Positions 18,387 to 29,810 of a DNA stretch of 64,000 nucleotides are shown piece after piece. The notes beneath the pieces were generated by a model that made no database searches, was not told the DNA's origin, and was given only the letters and a program-made list of their open reading frames with translations. The position numbers and the translations under genes were made by a program. Each line of letters starts with the position of its first letter. Within the stretch, counting starts at the first letter, position 1. Location: positions 62,863-126,862 of IMG/VR virus record IMGVR_UViG_3300025887_000010. The stretch is one strand, 5' to 3'. This DNA is from a virus.

Positions 18387-21035
18387 ATGATCACAGTCAA
18401 ACTCAACGCAAGCAAGGACGGTTCACGGATCGTCCTTGACAAACCTGTTCGCTTTGAGCCTGGAGTTCGATACGTCATCAATTCAGATTTCGACATCTTC
18501 CTGACATGGAAAAATCGCGAAACTCATCTCGATGAGACCTTCGAAAGTGGATTGAACTTTCCCGTTCCAAACTTCACCACTCAGGAACACTATGGTCGGT
18601 TCAACGACAATCTTCTCTACTGGATTTACAACGATCCAATGGCGAATCTGACAGGAATTCCTCTCGGACTGGCAAACAGCATCATACAAGAGACCACACT
18701 GGACGAATATTGGGACAGCCCCCTGAGCGAGCTGTACAATTCACTGGTCGGAAACCAAGTGATCGCGAATCGCACAATCGCAGAGGTGTTTCAGAACCTC
18801 ACAGATGACAACAATATCCGAAGCTTCGAACCTGTTCAATCTGGTGACAATTCGGGTCGAATCTTCGAAAACAGCATTCCATACTTCGCAGTTGCGACTG
18901 CATCAGGTCGTGTCGATCCATCGTCATATCGTCTGTCTTTCGAAGATGGTGAATTCATGGTCTACCTGGAAACGGCAGTTGCAGACGCTGTCGTCAAGAC
19001 TGATCTCTACCATTACGCCTCGTCAAACGGTTCTACGTCTGTTGAGTTTGTAATTCAGCCTGGAGAAACTAGATCGTTCTTTATCAACGATCTGAATCGA
19101 TCTCTCGATGACTTCGAAATTGAGCCGAAAGAGTCGAGAGATAATCTCGTCAATGTGAACGGTCGGTTCAGTGAGTACATCCTTGCGACATATCCTCGAC
19201 TATATGATTTCGTCAACACCTACATCCAATCTCAGAACCTTTACGAGACTCCTCAGTCGTACCTCACCAACCTCATCGACGACACGATTCCCGAAAGGAT
19301 GGGGGATGACCTGAGGCGATCGAAGAACCAGCAGTCTTTCAGCTTCAAATCCCACATGATCGATGACAACGACCTTCTGTTGAGCACCGCAGATTTCGCG
19401 AAGAATAAAGGCACCAAGAAATCGATCGAGTGGCTGGCGGAAGCTGTGTATGGTAATTCAGTCGAGACCACAAACTACCAGGAACAAATCATGCGACTGA
19501 GCGGATCGAAATGGTTTGAGCGCTATTCGATTTACTTTACGAGAGACTCACTTCCTTTTGCTATCGACGATCTTCAAGGTCGAAAGATCAGGGGTTCAAA
19601 CTCGAAATGTGAAGGCATCATCGAGAGTGCGAAAGTCTCATTCATCTCGAGCTTGAAGGAGATTGTCGAACTCGTAGTTCGAATGGACTTCGGCGAGTTC
19701 AATGAAGACGACATCTTTTCGATCTCTTCAAAAGAGGTCAGTGATGACTCTATGAATCTCGGCATTGTGGACATCGAAGTAGTCAATGGAGGATTTGGCA
19801 ACAAGGTTGGCGACAAAATCAATCTGAAGTCCTCAACTGGTTCGAAATTCGAAGGTGTCATCTCAGAAGTCGGAAGCCTAGGACAAGTTGAGTCCGTTCA
19901 GATCAACCAGATCGGTTGGAACTTCAGGAGTTTCCAAACCCCGTCTGTAGTGCGCAAAGGACTGAATGACTTTGTCCCTGAAGCGAGGTTCATTCAGGTC
20001 AGTGAGAAGTCGAACGACTTCTCGTTCAAGATGGAATTTCGTAATGTCATCTATGAAGCATCGATCGACTTTTTGAGCCAGACACTTTCCGTTCTGGATC
20101 GGACATTTTCCCACCCGTCACTCCGATTCCCGTCACAGGTAATGGGTCTTGCCCTTCTTGATGGCGTTATCTCAGTTGTGTCCTTCGATGAAACCTCAAT
20201 CTGGATCATTGATGAGATCGGAGGAATCTATAGTACTGAGGTTCCCTACAACTTCTTGGCAACTTCGAACGGTTTGAATGGTGTCATACTCGACACAGAC
20301 ACAAACACCGTAAGAACATTCGACATCCAGAGACTTAAGGAATCTGGAGAGCTTTCGATCTTGACAGAATTTGGTGTCGGTGCGAATTCGTACTTCTCGA
20401 TCTCTGCTTCCGCCCGATCAATCTTCATCACATCCGACATCGTGGACATGTACGAATATGAAGGAAATTCTCAAGATGGTGATTTGAACCCTTTCCGAAT
20501 TCTCGAAGTTCTGGTTGACGCTGATGATGAAGTCATTATCGACGATCTCACTGAAGAAGCTCTCATCATCTTCAGGAACTTTCGATCGAACACCTACATC
20601 CCGTTCGTTTTCGAAGATGGAGTTTTCGAAGATGATGTGTTTGAAGGTGACGAATTCAAGCTCTTTAACATCTCTGTCGTTTCGAAAAACGGAATCGAAT
20701 TCATCACTGCGGAAAGCTCATTCAACCTTTACTCACTCCAGATCACCCTGTCGAACGAAGTCGTTCCAAAAATCAAAGTGAAGACTGGTCGTATTATCAA
20801 GAAACAAGGTTCATACATCAACAGTGATGGACATCTCAGCTCGAATCAGAAGATGATCGGAACAACGTATCAGCCGTTCTCAGTTGGGTTCGAAACGGAA
20901 ACTCTCTCTCGGAACATGAAGGAATTGCTTGAAGGTGATGCTCTCATGCCAGGAATGATATATAAAGGTCTTGTCCCTGTTGTCGCTGAGAGTGAATCTG
21001 TTCTCCTCATTGGCACTGCGGAAGTCCTGGAATAA
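18387..21035 (+). CDS. Baseplate wedge protein (gp7-like)
   Basis: YPRLYDFV...FAKNKGTKKSIEWL...IMRLSGSKW, GFG/VESVQI repeats, DGHLSSNQK, YQPFS. Confidence 0.65.
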   Translation: MITVKLNASKDGSRIVLDKPVRFEPGVRYVINSDFDIFLTWKNRETHLDETFESGLNFPVPNFTTQEHYGRFNDNLLYWIYNDPMANLTGIPLGLANSIIQETTLDEYWDSPLSELYNSLVGNQVIANRTIAEVFQNLTDDNNIRSFEPVQSGDNSGRIFENSIPYFAVATASGRVDPSSYRLSFEDGEFMVYLETAVADAVVKTDLYHYASSNGSTSVEFVIQPGETRSFFINDLNRSLDDFEIEPKESRDNLVNVNGRFSEYILATYPRLYDFVNTYIQSQNLYETPQSYLTNLIDDTIPERMGDDLRRSKNQQSFSFKSHMIDDNDLLLSTADFAKNKGTKKSIEWLAEAVYGNSVETTNYQEQIMRLSGSKWFERYSIYFTRDSLPFAIDDLQGRKIRGSNSKCEGIIESAKVSFISSLKEIVELVVRMDFGEFNEDDIFSISSKEVSDDSMNLGIVDIEVVNGGFGNKVGDKINLKSSTGSKFEGVISEVGSLGQVESVQINQIGWNFRSFQTPSVVRKGLNDFVPEARFIQVSEKSNDFSFKMEFRNVIYEASIDFLSQTLSVLDRTFSHPSLRFPSQVMGLALLDGVISVVSFDETSIWIIDEIGGIYSTEVPYNFLATSNGLNGVILDTDTNTVRTFDIQRLKESGELSILTEFGVGANSYFSISASARSIFITSDIVDMYEYEGNSQDGDLNPFRILEVLVDADDEVIIDDLTEEALIIFRNFRSNTYIPFVFEDGVFEDDVFEGDEFKLFNISVVSKNGIEFITAESSFNLYSLQITLSNEVVPKIKVKTGRIIKKQGSYINSDGHLSSNQKMIGTTYQPFSVGFETETLSRNMKELLEGDALMPGMIYKGLVPVVAESESVLLIGTAEVLE

Positions 21036-21083
21036 AATAAACCACTGCTCGATGATAAAATAATATGAAATGGAGACTTAAGA

Positions 21084-22058
21084 ATGGCTGATAGAGTCCT
21101 AAACAGCTTTCCGATTAATGCGAAGTTCGGAAACCAATATCTTGCTGATGGTGAAGCACTCACTATTCGCTCAGAAGTGGCACGAGATGCATCTCTGTTG
21201 TCTGAAAATAACTCAGCATCGAGTGAGGCTGCTGCGAACACTTCTGCAATTACTGCTTCAGATTCTGCTTTAAGTGCATCCGCATCCGCCACAATCGCTA
21301 CGGCTGCAGCAACTGATTTAGAAACTACTCTTGGACTTGCTATAGTCTATAAAAATGATGCACAAACATCGTCTGTCTCAGCTTCTGCTGCTAGCGCTTC
21401 GGCTTCTGCTTCTTCTTCTTCCTCGTCAGCATCAGCTTCAGCAGCTCTCGCGAGTGAGAATTCTGCGGAGAAATGGGCTGTAGAGGCAGAGGATGTTGAA
21501 GTTTCCACAGGCGAATTTTCCGCAAAGCATTGGGCCGCAAAGGCTTCAACTTTCAACCCTGAATTGATTATAGCCTCCTCAAATAACTACCGCACAGGGC
21601 TTATACGTCAGTCAGGGTTCTACGCCAGCCAATCACAAAACAGTGGTACTGCGACGTCAACACTCCCGCCCGCAGTGACGCTCCCCGCAGGGGACTATCT
21701 GCTCGATTACAGCTTCGAGGCCAAGCCTTACGACGCGGGAACAAGTGGTGCTGTTATCGTAGTGCAAGTGGAGATGTACGCGTACATACCGGGTCCTGGC
21801 GTCGGGACAGTGCACCCTCTTGCGGACGTCGACTTCTATGGCAACCACTCGATACGGCCGTACCTGGTTATACGTGACGCAAGTGATCTGGACTACGTTG
21901 TACGCGACAGTGGGCAGCGAACATTCACCTTAGCAGCAGAGACACTTGTTAGCTTCAAGATACAAACGCAAGTATTTAACTCAACCGACCAGGCGCAGTC
22001 TGTGGCCATCACGATGATACGAGCAGCTCGCATAACTCGGATACAAGAACTGACATAG
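21084..22058 (+). CDS. Tail fibre/spike-like protein with an Ala/Ser-rich stalk
   Basis: SASAASASASASSSSS stretch, EKWA...SAKHWAAKA motif, globular C-terminal domain. Confidence 0.65.
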   Translation: MADRVLNSFPINAKFGNQYLADGEALTIRSEVARDASLLSENNSASSEAAANTSAITASDSALSASASATIATAAATDLETTLGLAIVYKNDAQTSSVSASAASASASASSSSSSASASAALASENSAEKWAVEAEDVEVSTGEFSAKHWAAKASTFNPELIIASSNNYRTGLIRQSGFYASQSQNSGTATSTLPPAVTLPAGDYLLDYSFEAKPYDAGTSGAVIVVQVEMYAYIPGPGVGTVHPLADVDFYGNHSIRPYLVIRDASDLDYVVRDSGQRTFTLAAETLVSFKIQTQVFNSTDQAQSVAITMIRAARITRIQELT

Positions 22059-22128
22059 TAAGAATAACGTGACAGTTTACATGAGAGACATGCAATATTC
22101 CATAATGACAAAAAGGTAAGCGAATCAA

Positions 22129-23538
22129 ATGATACAGGCTTTACAACTCAATATCCCGATCCTTCAGGCGCTGAAGTCATCTGCTCAGTTGAGTCTTGGA
22201 GTAACATCTTCTGATGAATGGGACTTAACTTTCGAAATATCATCTTCCACGGCTGGAAACCCTACAATTTTGACACTTCCCGTTTCGACAAGTTTCATCA
22301 CCGCTTATGGCATCACAAAGGCCATTATTCGCGACGCGTCTAATGTCATTGAATTCCAAAACCTTGAAGTCGACATCTTGAGCGTTTCAGGAAATGATGT
22401 GACACTCGATTTCGATTCGACACTTCTGGCCGATGCTACAAATGGTGTGATCTCTTTTGTTTCTTCTTATTGGGAGTTTGGTATTAGCGAAATCGAGATT
22501 CAAAACCGTTTGACCTTCTTACAACGGATCAAATCCGATGAGATGCAGTTGCTAGCAAGACGTAAACTGTGGGTGGCAGGCACAACCTATCGTTCACTGT
22601 TCGAAACGTCCCTCAGGAATGACTTCTATGCTGTGTCGAATGGTTACGTATACATCAACATCACGAACAAGTTCAACCCTTCACTCATTGCTCCATCCCA
22701 GACCGTTTTGAACGAAGTTGAAGTCAATGCCGTGGACGGATACTCATGGATGAACGTCGGAAAAATCGACGAATTCCTTGACTCTCGCTTCGGCGATACT
22801 GCAAAATTCCCTGTCACAAGCTTCGAAGAACCGAATTCGTTCGGTCGTGTTCTTGGCTGTCAGGTCTACAACACCGGCAGCAATTTCAAATTCACCGATC
22901 AACCAGTGATTGTCGGGGATGGTGTTGGTGCAACTGCTCGAATCAGTCGGTTCAACACACAAAAGGGAGCCTGGGTGATCGAGATCACAAACCCAGGCCG
23001 AGACTACACATGGGCTAACATCAAAATACCGTCGACTTCAGGCACTGGATTTATATCCACGGTGTTCCTCGACCCTGGTAACATTGGCACAAATTTGCAA
23101 ACGATCATCGAAGGAACAACTCTCGGATTTCGAGTCGAAACTGATCCCCAGCGAAGCCAATTTGGTGACATTAACTCGTTCGTTCTTTACCACTCGCTGT
23201 TCACTGAGGACCAAGAAGACCTTCGCGGGACATTGAGATTCGTCGAGAACCACGAATTCCAACAAGATGACTGGATCATCGGTCAGATTTCCGGAACGAT
23301 CACGAAGGTACTTGATTCAACTTCGACCAGAGAAGTAAAATATCAGAGAATGATTGGTCCCGGTTTTATCGTCGGCGAATCGATCTCAACGAATGCGTTC
23401 ACAACGTCCATCGAGTCAGTTGTGAACCCTTCAAAACCACCTATTGGAGAAATCGTTCTCCACGAAAACCGCGCAACACCGATCGTCCACGCCCTCGATC
23501 AGGTTAACGTATACAAGTTTAGATTGGAACTGACATGA
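22129..23538 (+). CDS. gp8: Baseplate wedge subunit
   Basis: RRKLWVAGTTY, DFYAVS..YVY, DGYSWM, NPGRDYT, C-terminal LHENRATPI. Confidence 0.8.
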   Translation: MIQALQLNIPILQALKSSAQLSLGVTSSDEWDLTFEISSSTAGNPTILTLPVSTSFITAYGITKAIIRDASNVIEFQNLEVDILSVSGNDVTLDFDSTLLADATNGVISFVSSYWEFGISEIEIQNRLTFLQRIKSDEMQLLARRKLWVAGTTYRSLFETSLRNDFYAVSNGYVYINITNKFNPSLIAPSQTVLNEVEVNAVDGYSWMNVGKIDEFLDSRFGDTAKFPVTSFEEPNSFGRVLGCQVYNTGSNFKFTDQPVIVGDGVGATARISRFNTQKGAWVIEITNPGRDYTWANIKIPSTSGTGFISTVFLDPGNIGTNLQTIIEGTTLGFRVETDPQRSQFGDINSFVLYHSLFTEDQEDLRGTLRFVENHEFQQDDWIIGQISGTITKVLDSTSTREVKYQRMIGPGFIVGESISTNAFTTSIESVVNPSKPPIGEIVLHENRATPIVHALDQVNVYKFRLELT

Positions 23539-26500
23539 GCATTTACCATAATGACACAAAGAAGTTTCTGAAGGTCCTGTTCCGCTCAGATTTCGGAATT
23601 CAGTCGAGAGAGCTGAATGCCGCCCAGCAGCACCTTCAGAGCCAGATTGCGTCTATTGGAAAACACCTTTTCAAAAATGGCTCCTCTGTCATTGGTGGTA
23701 AGCCATCGATCATTCAGAGTCGAGTCATTCGAATCGAAAAGGACTTTAGCGGCGTACCTGTCCAGATCAGTGAGATCATCGAAAAGGACCTTGTCGAATC
23801 TGTTGACGGAAACCCTATCTCTCGCTTCACTGTGACCAACTACTCAGAAACCGAAACACATTTCAACCTCCACGGCAACTTCGTCCTGGGTGAAAATGTG
23901 CAGATCAACTCGATTCTACAGACTGATGGTACTTCCTATCGTGTTCGAGTTTCCCAGTTGAACATCGACGATCGCTTCGGTCTGATTGCTCGAATCGAGA
24001 ATGGCGTCTACTTCTACAATGATTACTTCTTCGAAATCGAAGACACATCGATTGTTGTAAGTGACAACTCTTCGGACTTCACAGGTACGATCGGTCTTCA
24101 AGTTGAAGAATCATTCATCACGCCTTTACAGGACAAAGAGCTTCTCGATCCTTCGAATGGTTCGCCAAACTCGAATGCTCCAGGCGCACATCGCTTCACA
24201 TATGAGTATGAGCTGAAAGCATATCAGTTCTTCGAAGAGACTCCGGTGAACTTCATCACAGTTGCTGACATCTCTGCTGGCGCACTTCGCAATATCGTCG
24301 AAGACCCAAGGCTCAATGAGATTGGTCGAATCCTTGCATCTCGAACATATGACCAATCTGGAAATTTCGTTGTTGACGAATTCGAGATCGAAACGACGAA
24401 TTCAGTTCAGCGATCAGTTCGCTCTGTGACTCCAACGAATATCCCATTCCGAGTAAGGGTCTCGCTCAATGGCGAACACACTTATCTCCCTGACGAAACT
24501 GTGTCTCTCTTCACCCCAAACATCGAGGGTGACTTTGTGATCGAAAGTGTTGGAGCATCTGACTTCGTTATCATCACGAACAGTGCAAGCATCGAAACTG
24601 AAAATTCCGGCACAGTCATCAACCTCGATCGCTTCGGTGTCACTCTTTCGAAAGGCCTCGCATACGTCAATGGCTTCAAAGTGGAGAACATCGGTTCGAC
24701 CCTTCTTGAGGTCAAACGGACAATCGACTCATCCGAGCTAAATCCAGGTATCTTCTCTACCTCTTACGGAAACTACATCGAGATCGAAAATATGGCTGGC
24801 GCTGATGCGTTCATCGGTCAACGGCAAACGATTGAGATTTTGGATGTCGGCCTTGATGTAATAGGAGAATGCGTCGTCGATTCATTCCAACGAGTTAGCG
24901 CGACGGTTTTCCGTGCCTACATCTCGAATGTGATCGCAACTGGTGACTTGACGACAGCAACCTCCATCCAAGGAGCTTCACCAACCTTTACAGCCGATCT
25001 GGTTGGTGCAGGCTTCACCATTCAATCGACCGAAAATGCACCACTCGTTTTCCAACTCTCGTCTGAGAACATCTCGTCTGTTTCCGAAACAGCTATAGTG
25101 CAGAAAACGTCGTATCTTGCTGGTTCGGTTGCTGGCGGAACGGTTGCATTCAGCCTTCCTGGTGCAGAGCTCTTCGTCGGAACGCGAAATGTCAACTTGG
25201 TTGAAACGAACGAAGAATTCAACTTCATATCTGTCCAAGGTGGAGTCTACACCAACCCTACGAGCATTCTCATTTCGAATGATGGCAAAACGTTGACTGT
25301 CGCAAGTGCTACTGCTGGTGCAATTGACCTTATCACCAAGACGACCAACGTCATCACTCCAGCTTCCAAGACTCTTGTCGCAGAACAAGTCATTGTCACT
25401 TCTGACACCGTCAACGCAGGTGCTCGAAAGTACGCGCTGCCTCATGTTGATATTGTGAACGTTCGTGTATACGACAATACGACAGACGTTGAGATCAGCT
25501 CGAAGTTCACATTCGATAATGGTCAGCGTGATCGCTTCTACGACTTAGGATCTATTGAGTTGAACCCAGGTCAGAATGTGATCGGTGTCACACTTCGTGT
25601 GGAGTACACTCGTTACAGTCGTTCAGGTAACTTCTTCTATGTCGCGAATTCTTACGAAAGCACGAAGGACAGTCCAACATACGACACTGACTCTGGAGTG
25701 AAGCTCAATCTGTTGAACTGCATCGACTTTCGACCAGACGTCATAACTGCTGGTTTGACTGCTTTGACTTCGAACACCGTTCCTGCTCCACTCAGCAATG
25801 TACAAGTCTCGACTTCATCATATCTGCCTCGCAAAGACCTTGTCACCGTTGACATCAACGGTGCGATTCAATATGTGCTCGGAAAGCCAGATGCCAACTC
25901 TGTCTATCCGAAAACTCCTGAGAACTCGATGGGTCTTTATCGACTGGACATTCGTTCGAACATGCAGAATCTGGATGACATCGACTTCACCAGTGACCAG
26001 ATTCGTCGTTACACGATGGAAGATATTGGTCGCCTCGACAAGCGACTCGATCGTGTCGAAGAAGAAGTTCTGTTGACTCTTCTCGAATCCGAAGCGAAGA
26101 ACTCGAGGATTTACGACACTGACGGAACGATCCGTTTCAACACTGGCTTCATTGTCGACAACTTCTCTGATCACGGGATCGGTGAAGTCGAAGATAACGA
26201 CTATTCAGTTTCTGTCGATCCTGAATTGAAGCTCATTCGTCCAGAGTTTGCTGTCGACACGGTGAAGATGGCTGTCTCTACTGATCGTGCAAATGTTCGC
26301 ATTGGTGAGAACGAAGACTACGGCACGTTCTTTACTCGTAACTTCGATTCTGAGAACCTATTCCAAAACAACAATGCTACCAAATCGGTCAGGGTCACCC
26401 CTTACACTGTTCGAAGCTTCATTGGTCAATCACTTTACAATCCTCCACTTGACTCTGATTCGGAATATCTGCACATCAGTCGCAGACGCACAGGCTTCAT

Positions 26501-28517
26501 CTTCCGTCGAACTCGGTGGTCATCATGGGTTTCCGATAAGCCTCAGCAAGTGCTTTCGAAGAGCAGAGGGTTCTTCCTCTGGCGTCGCCGAACGAACACT
26601 CGCATCATTCCATTCATGAAGCCAAAGAGGGTTCGTTTCAGTGTCACTGGTCTGAAGCCTTTCGAGAAGTTCTACTTCTTCATCGACAAGAAGCGTTCTG
26701 ACAGCATTGTCAACAAGGACGGAAACTGGTGGGGAGCAGCAGCTGCGAATTCCGAATCTCTGTGGAGGTACAACGAACCAGGCTCAACTGTTCGTTTCGA
26801 TGAAGAAGTTCATGACATCTTGCTCGACAGGACACTTAATCCAGTCGACGGTCTTACAGCTGACATCACCGGTACGATCACTGGGTTTGTTGACATTCCA
26901 CGTCTCGCAATCCCTGCTGGCAAGCGAGAGTTCAGTTTCTCTGTCGATCCAAACAACCCAAAGAGTGCAGTGTCTCACTCGACATACGACTTCTACGGAA
27001 CTGAGAACTACGACCTTCAACAACAGAACACTGTCGATAATCGCTATGACGAAATCGCGGACTCGAAGCGTCCATTGATTGCTCAGACGTTCATTGTCAC
27101 GAAGAATGCTTTCCCGAATGGTGTGTTCATCGAATCACTCGATCTGTTCTTCTCGAAAATCCCTGTCGAGTCGAATGTACCCGTGACAATCGATATTCGC
27201 TATGTCGAGAATGGTTCGCCGAAATCGTCTGAGATCATTCGCCGATCGAGTGTTCAGTTGAATCGTGATGACATCAATCTTCCGAGAGACCTGTCATCGA
27301 TTTCTTCGATTCTTGCTGCTCCAACACGAGTGACATTCCCTATTCCGATATACCTTCAGCCTGATGAAGAGTATGCGATCACGCTTCGCACTTCTTCGAT
27401 CGACTACGAAATCTACACGTCGGAAGTCGGATCGATCAACACTGGATCAGGAAATGCGTCGACCAACTCTGTCATTCAGGGCGCGACATTCAGAACTGCA
27501 GATGGAGCCTCATGGAACCGTTACCAGAACGAAGACTTGACTATGGGTGTCAACATCTGTCGATTCAACACGATTGAAGACTCGTACTTCACCCTTGTGA
27601 ATGAACCAACTGATGTTGATCAAGTGTTTGACGAGCTCAACTCACAGCTGATCTTCAACGATTTCAAAGACACTTCCACGACATTGGTCGCAACCGGTGT
27701 GACTGATCAATCACGATCTACCAAGTCGATAGATATTCGTGGGTCTCAGCTCGCCAACTTCGATGAGCGCATGATCATTCGCACCGGTCTTGAAGACCTA
27801 GTCATTCGAGTCGATCTCGAAACGGCCGATCCATACGTGTCTCCAATCTTCTTCAATCAGTACCATCAGTCGAAGGTTATCAAGAACCTGATTAACCTCT
27901 ATGCATTGATTGAAGGCGGATTCGAAGTTACCAATCAAGGCAGTGTTCCTCTCGTCAACCCAGTCGTTACGATCGACAGTGATGAAGGTTCTGGCGCAAT
28001 CGCTGAAGCTGTATTGGACGGATCAGGGTATCTCACTGGCATAAACTTGATCAATGGTGGTTCTGGCTACTTCAGTCTGAATCCATCTATCACTATCACT
28101 GATGACAATACATCAGGAGCTACTGTCGCATACGACAATCTCGAGAACTCTGCATCAGGAGGCAATGCACTTTCTCGCTATGTCACCAAACCGATCGGAC
28201 TCAAAGAAGGCTTCAGCACTGACAAAGTGTCTGTCTTCTTCGACGCTGCTCTTCCGAATGATGCTCAGATTGATGTGTATGTCAGAGCTCTTTCGAACGA
28301 TGACAACGACGTGATCACCAACAAACCTTGGACATACATCGGAAGATCAAACCCGTCGACGAACCCATCAATCTTCAGTCCTCAGCGGGTTGACGGACCT
28401 GTCATCTACGATACATTCGATCGAGTTCACTTCGTTCAGACGAAGCTGGTTCTTCTTTCGAATGACTCCGTCAATATCCCCAAGGTGAAGAACTTCAGAA
28501 TGATCACGAGTATTTAA
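23535..28517 (+). CDS. Large virion structural protein (VrlC/DUF4815-like)
   Basis: KVLFR...QSRELN..Q..LQ.QI..IG.HLFKNGS.VIGG; APGAHRF; RTYDQSGNF; RYTMEDIGRLDKRL; GFIVDNF; IAQTF. Confidence 0.85.
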   Translation: MSIYHNDTKKFLKVLFRSDFGIQSRELNAAQQHLQSQIASIGKHLFKNGSSVIGGKPSIIQSRVIRIEKDFSGVPVQISEIIEKDLVESVDGNPISRFTVTNYSETETHFNLHGNFVLGENVQINSILQTDGTSYRVRVSQLNIDDRFGLIARIENGVYFYNDYFFEIEDTSIVVSDNSSDFTGTIGLQVEESFITPLQDKELLDPSNGSPNSNAPGAHRFTYEYELKAYQFFEETPVNFITVADISAGALRNIVEDPRLNEIGRILASRTYDQSGNFVVDEFEIETTNSVQRSVRSVTPTNIPFRVRVSLNGEHTYLPDETVSLFTPNIEGDFVIESVGASDFVIITNSASIETENSGTVINLDRFGVTLSKGLAYVNGFKVENIGSTLLEVKRTIDSSELNPGIFSTSYGNYIEIENMAGADAFIGQRQTIEILDVGLDVIGECVVDSFQRVSATVFRAYISNVIATGDLTTATSIQGASPTFTADLVGAGFTIQSTENAPLVFQLSSENISSVSETAIVQKTSYLAGSVAGGTVAFSLPGAELFVGTRNVNLVETNEEFNFISVQGGVYTNPTSILISNDGKTLTVASATAGAIDLITKTTNVITPASKTLVAEQVIVTSDTVNAGARKYALPHVDIVNVRVYDNTTDVEISSKFTFDNGQRDRFYDLGSIELNPGQNVIGVTLRVEYTRYSRSGNFFYVANSYESTKDSPTYDTDSGVKLNLLNCIDFRPDVITAGLTALTSNTVPAPLSNVQVSTSSYLPRKDLVTVDINGAIQYVLGKPDANSVYPKTPENSMGLYRLDIRSNMQNLDDIDFTSDQIRRYTMEDIGRLDKRLDRVEEEVLLTLLESEAKNSRIYDTDGTIRFNTGFIVDNFSDHGIGEVEDNDYSVSVDPELKLIRPEFAVDTVKMAVSTDRANVRIGENEDYGTFFTRNFDSENLFQNNNATKSVRVTPYTVRSFIGQSLYNPPLDSDSEYLHISRRRTGFIFRRTRWSSWVSDKPQQVLSKSRGFFLWRRRTNTRIIPFMKPKRVRFSVTGLKPFEKFYFFIDKKRSDSIVNKDGNWWGAAAANSESLWRYNEPGSTVRFDEEVHDILLDRTLNPVDGLTADITGTITGFVDIPRLAIPAGKREFSFSVDPNNPKSAVSHSTYDFYGTENYDLQQQNTVDNRYDEIADSKRPLIAQTFIVTKNAFPNGVFIESLDLFFSKIPVESNVPVTIDIRYVENGSPKSSEIIRRSSVQLNRDDINLPRDLSSISSILAAPTRVTFPIPIYLQPDEEYAITLRTSSIDYEIYTSEVGSINTGSGNASTNSVIQGATFRTADGASWNRYQNEDLTMGVNICRFNTIEDSYFTLVNEPTDVDQVFDELNSQLIFNDFKDTSTTLVATGVTDQSRSTKSIDIRGSQLANFDERMIIRTGLEDLVIRVDLETADPYVSPIFFNQYHQSKVIKNLINLYALIEGGFEVTNQGSVPLVNPVVTIDSDEGSGAIAEAVLDGSGYLTGINLINGGSGYFSLNPSITITDDNTSGATVAYDNLENSASGGNALSRYVTKPIGLKEGFSTDKVSVFFDAALPNDAQIDVYVRALSNDDNDVITNKPWTYIGRSNPSTNPSIFSPQRVDGPVIYDTFDRVHFVQTKLVLLSNDSVNIPKVKNFRMITSI

Positions 28518-28518
28518 C

Positions 28519-28704
28519 ATGACTCACTTGGTTAAAATATCTGGAGAACCAAATCTACTTCGCGACAAAACGACCAATGCGACTTTGAGCTCCGACCTAG
28601 AAGGATTTCAAAGTCGCATCAAGTTCCTTCAAAACAGAAGGTCTCTTGAGAGTCGCATCGAACGTCTTGAAGGCATTATCGAAAGGCTAGCGTTAGACAC
28701 ATGA
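28519..28704 (+). CDS. Small hypothetical protein with a coiled-coil tail
   Basis: 61 aa, coupled to the next gene. Confidence 0.7.
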   Translation: MTHLVKISGEPNLLRDKTTNATLSSDLEGFQSRIKFLQNRRSLESRIERLEGIIERLALDT

Positions 28705-29801
28705 CAATTCAGCAGGAAAACTTCGCGCCCCTAAGCAGGGACTCACTTTATCGACAGCTTGTTGAAAGCATTAACGCTGGCAATCTGAAAACCATCGAGG
28801 TAGTTGATGTCGTAAACAGCATTCTGGTCGATGTCGGGGAGCTTTCTACTCTTCAGACCACTGTCAAGACCTCAATTGTTAACGCCATCAACGAACTCGT
28901 GCAGGACTATACGATACCATCCGAGTTTCAGACCAATCTGGGAGTCATTTCACTTCTTGACACCATCAACAAGGAGAGTCTCGTAAGTGCGGTCAACGAG
29001 GTCCATGCTGATCTTGGAGACATTTCGCAGCTACAGACTAGTTCTCGAGATTCAGTTGTCGAATCACTTAATGAGGTTCTTTCGACATTCGCATCGATCG
29101 GCAATCTCGAATCTCTGCAGACAAACTCACGAGACAACGTTGTAAGCGCTATCAACGAGCTTCAGACAAAGCAAGGTGGAACAGCTCTGTCAACGACTGC
29201 AAAGAATGTCAGTGGAGCCATCAACGAGCTGAAGGGAAGAGCAGACAGTACCTTCAATGGATCGTTCGCAAATCTCTCTGGTAAGCCAACAACAATTACA
29301 GGTTACGGAATCACTGACAGTTCTGTAGCACGAAGCCAATTAGGTCTCGGAACGATTGCTACACAGAATGCAACAAATCTATCGGTTGAGAACCTTACCG
29401 TGAGTGTTGCAGCAACTTTGAATTCGTTGACCATCACAGGCACATTGAGCATCAACAACCTCACAGCACAAGGTCTTCTGTCTGGTGGCATCATCTCGAC
29501 AACCTCTGCTGCACAAGAAGGAACTGTGAACAACAAGATCATGACTCCGGTTAGAACGGCCGAGGCCATCGCTGCTCAAGTTCCATCAATTGTGACAACA
29601 GTAAGTTCACAATTGACGAATGGGTCTATTGGATCGATTGTTGTACGAGTAGGAAGTATTGCTTGGATACCTAGTGATGTGAATGGACCAACTATTGAAT
29701 CAAATCTCACAGGTATCTACCGAGCTCTTCAGACACCTTCTGAGGCTGTAATTGGTGGAAACTCTATCTTTGTAGGTACGTATGTCAAAATATCATCATA
29801 A
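28701..29801 (+). CDS. Whisker/fibre-like protein
   Basis: Five L.T..K.S.V.AINE(L)-type repeats and ISGKPTTITGYGITD. Confidence 0.65.
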   Translation: MTIQQENFAPLSRDSLYRQLVESINAGNLKTIEVVDVVNSILVDVGELSTLQTTVKTSIVNAINELVQDYTIPSEFQTNLGVISLLDTINKESLVSAVNEVHADLGDISQLQTSSRDSVVESLNEVLSTFASIGNLESLQTNSRDNVVSAINELQTKQGGTALSTTAKNVSGAINELKGRADSTFNGSFANLSGKPTTITGYGITDSSVARSQLGLGTIATQNATNLSVENLTVSVAATLNSLTITGTLSINNLTAQGLLSGGIISTTSAAQEGTVNNKIMTPVRTAEAIAAQVPSIVTTVSSQLTNGSIGSIVVRVGSIAWIPSDVNGPTIESNLTGIYRALQTPSEAVIGGNSIFVGTYVKISS

Positions 29802-29810
29802 GGATAAAGC

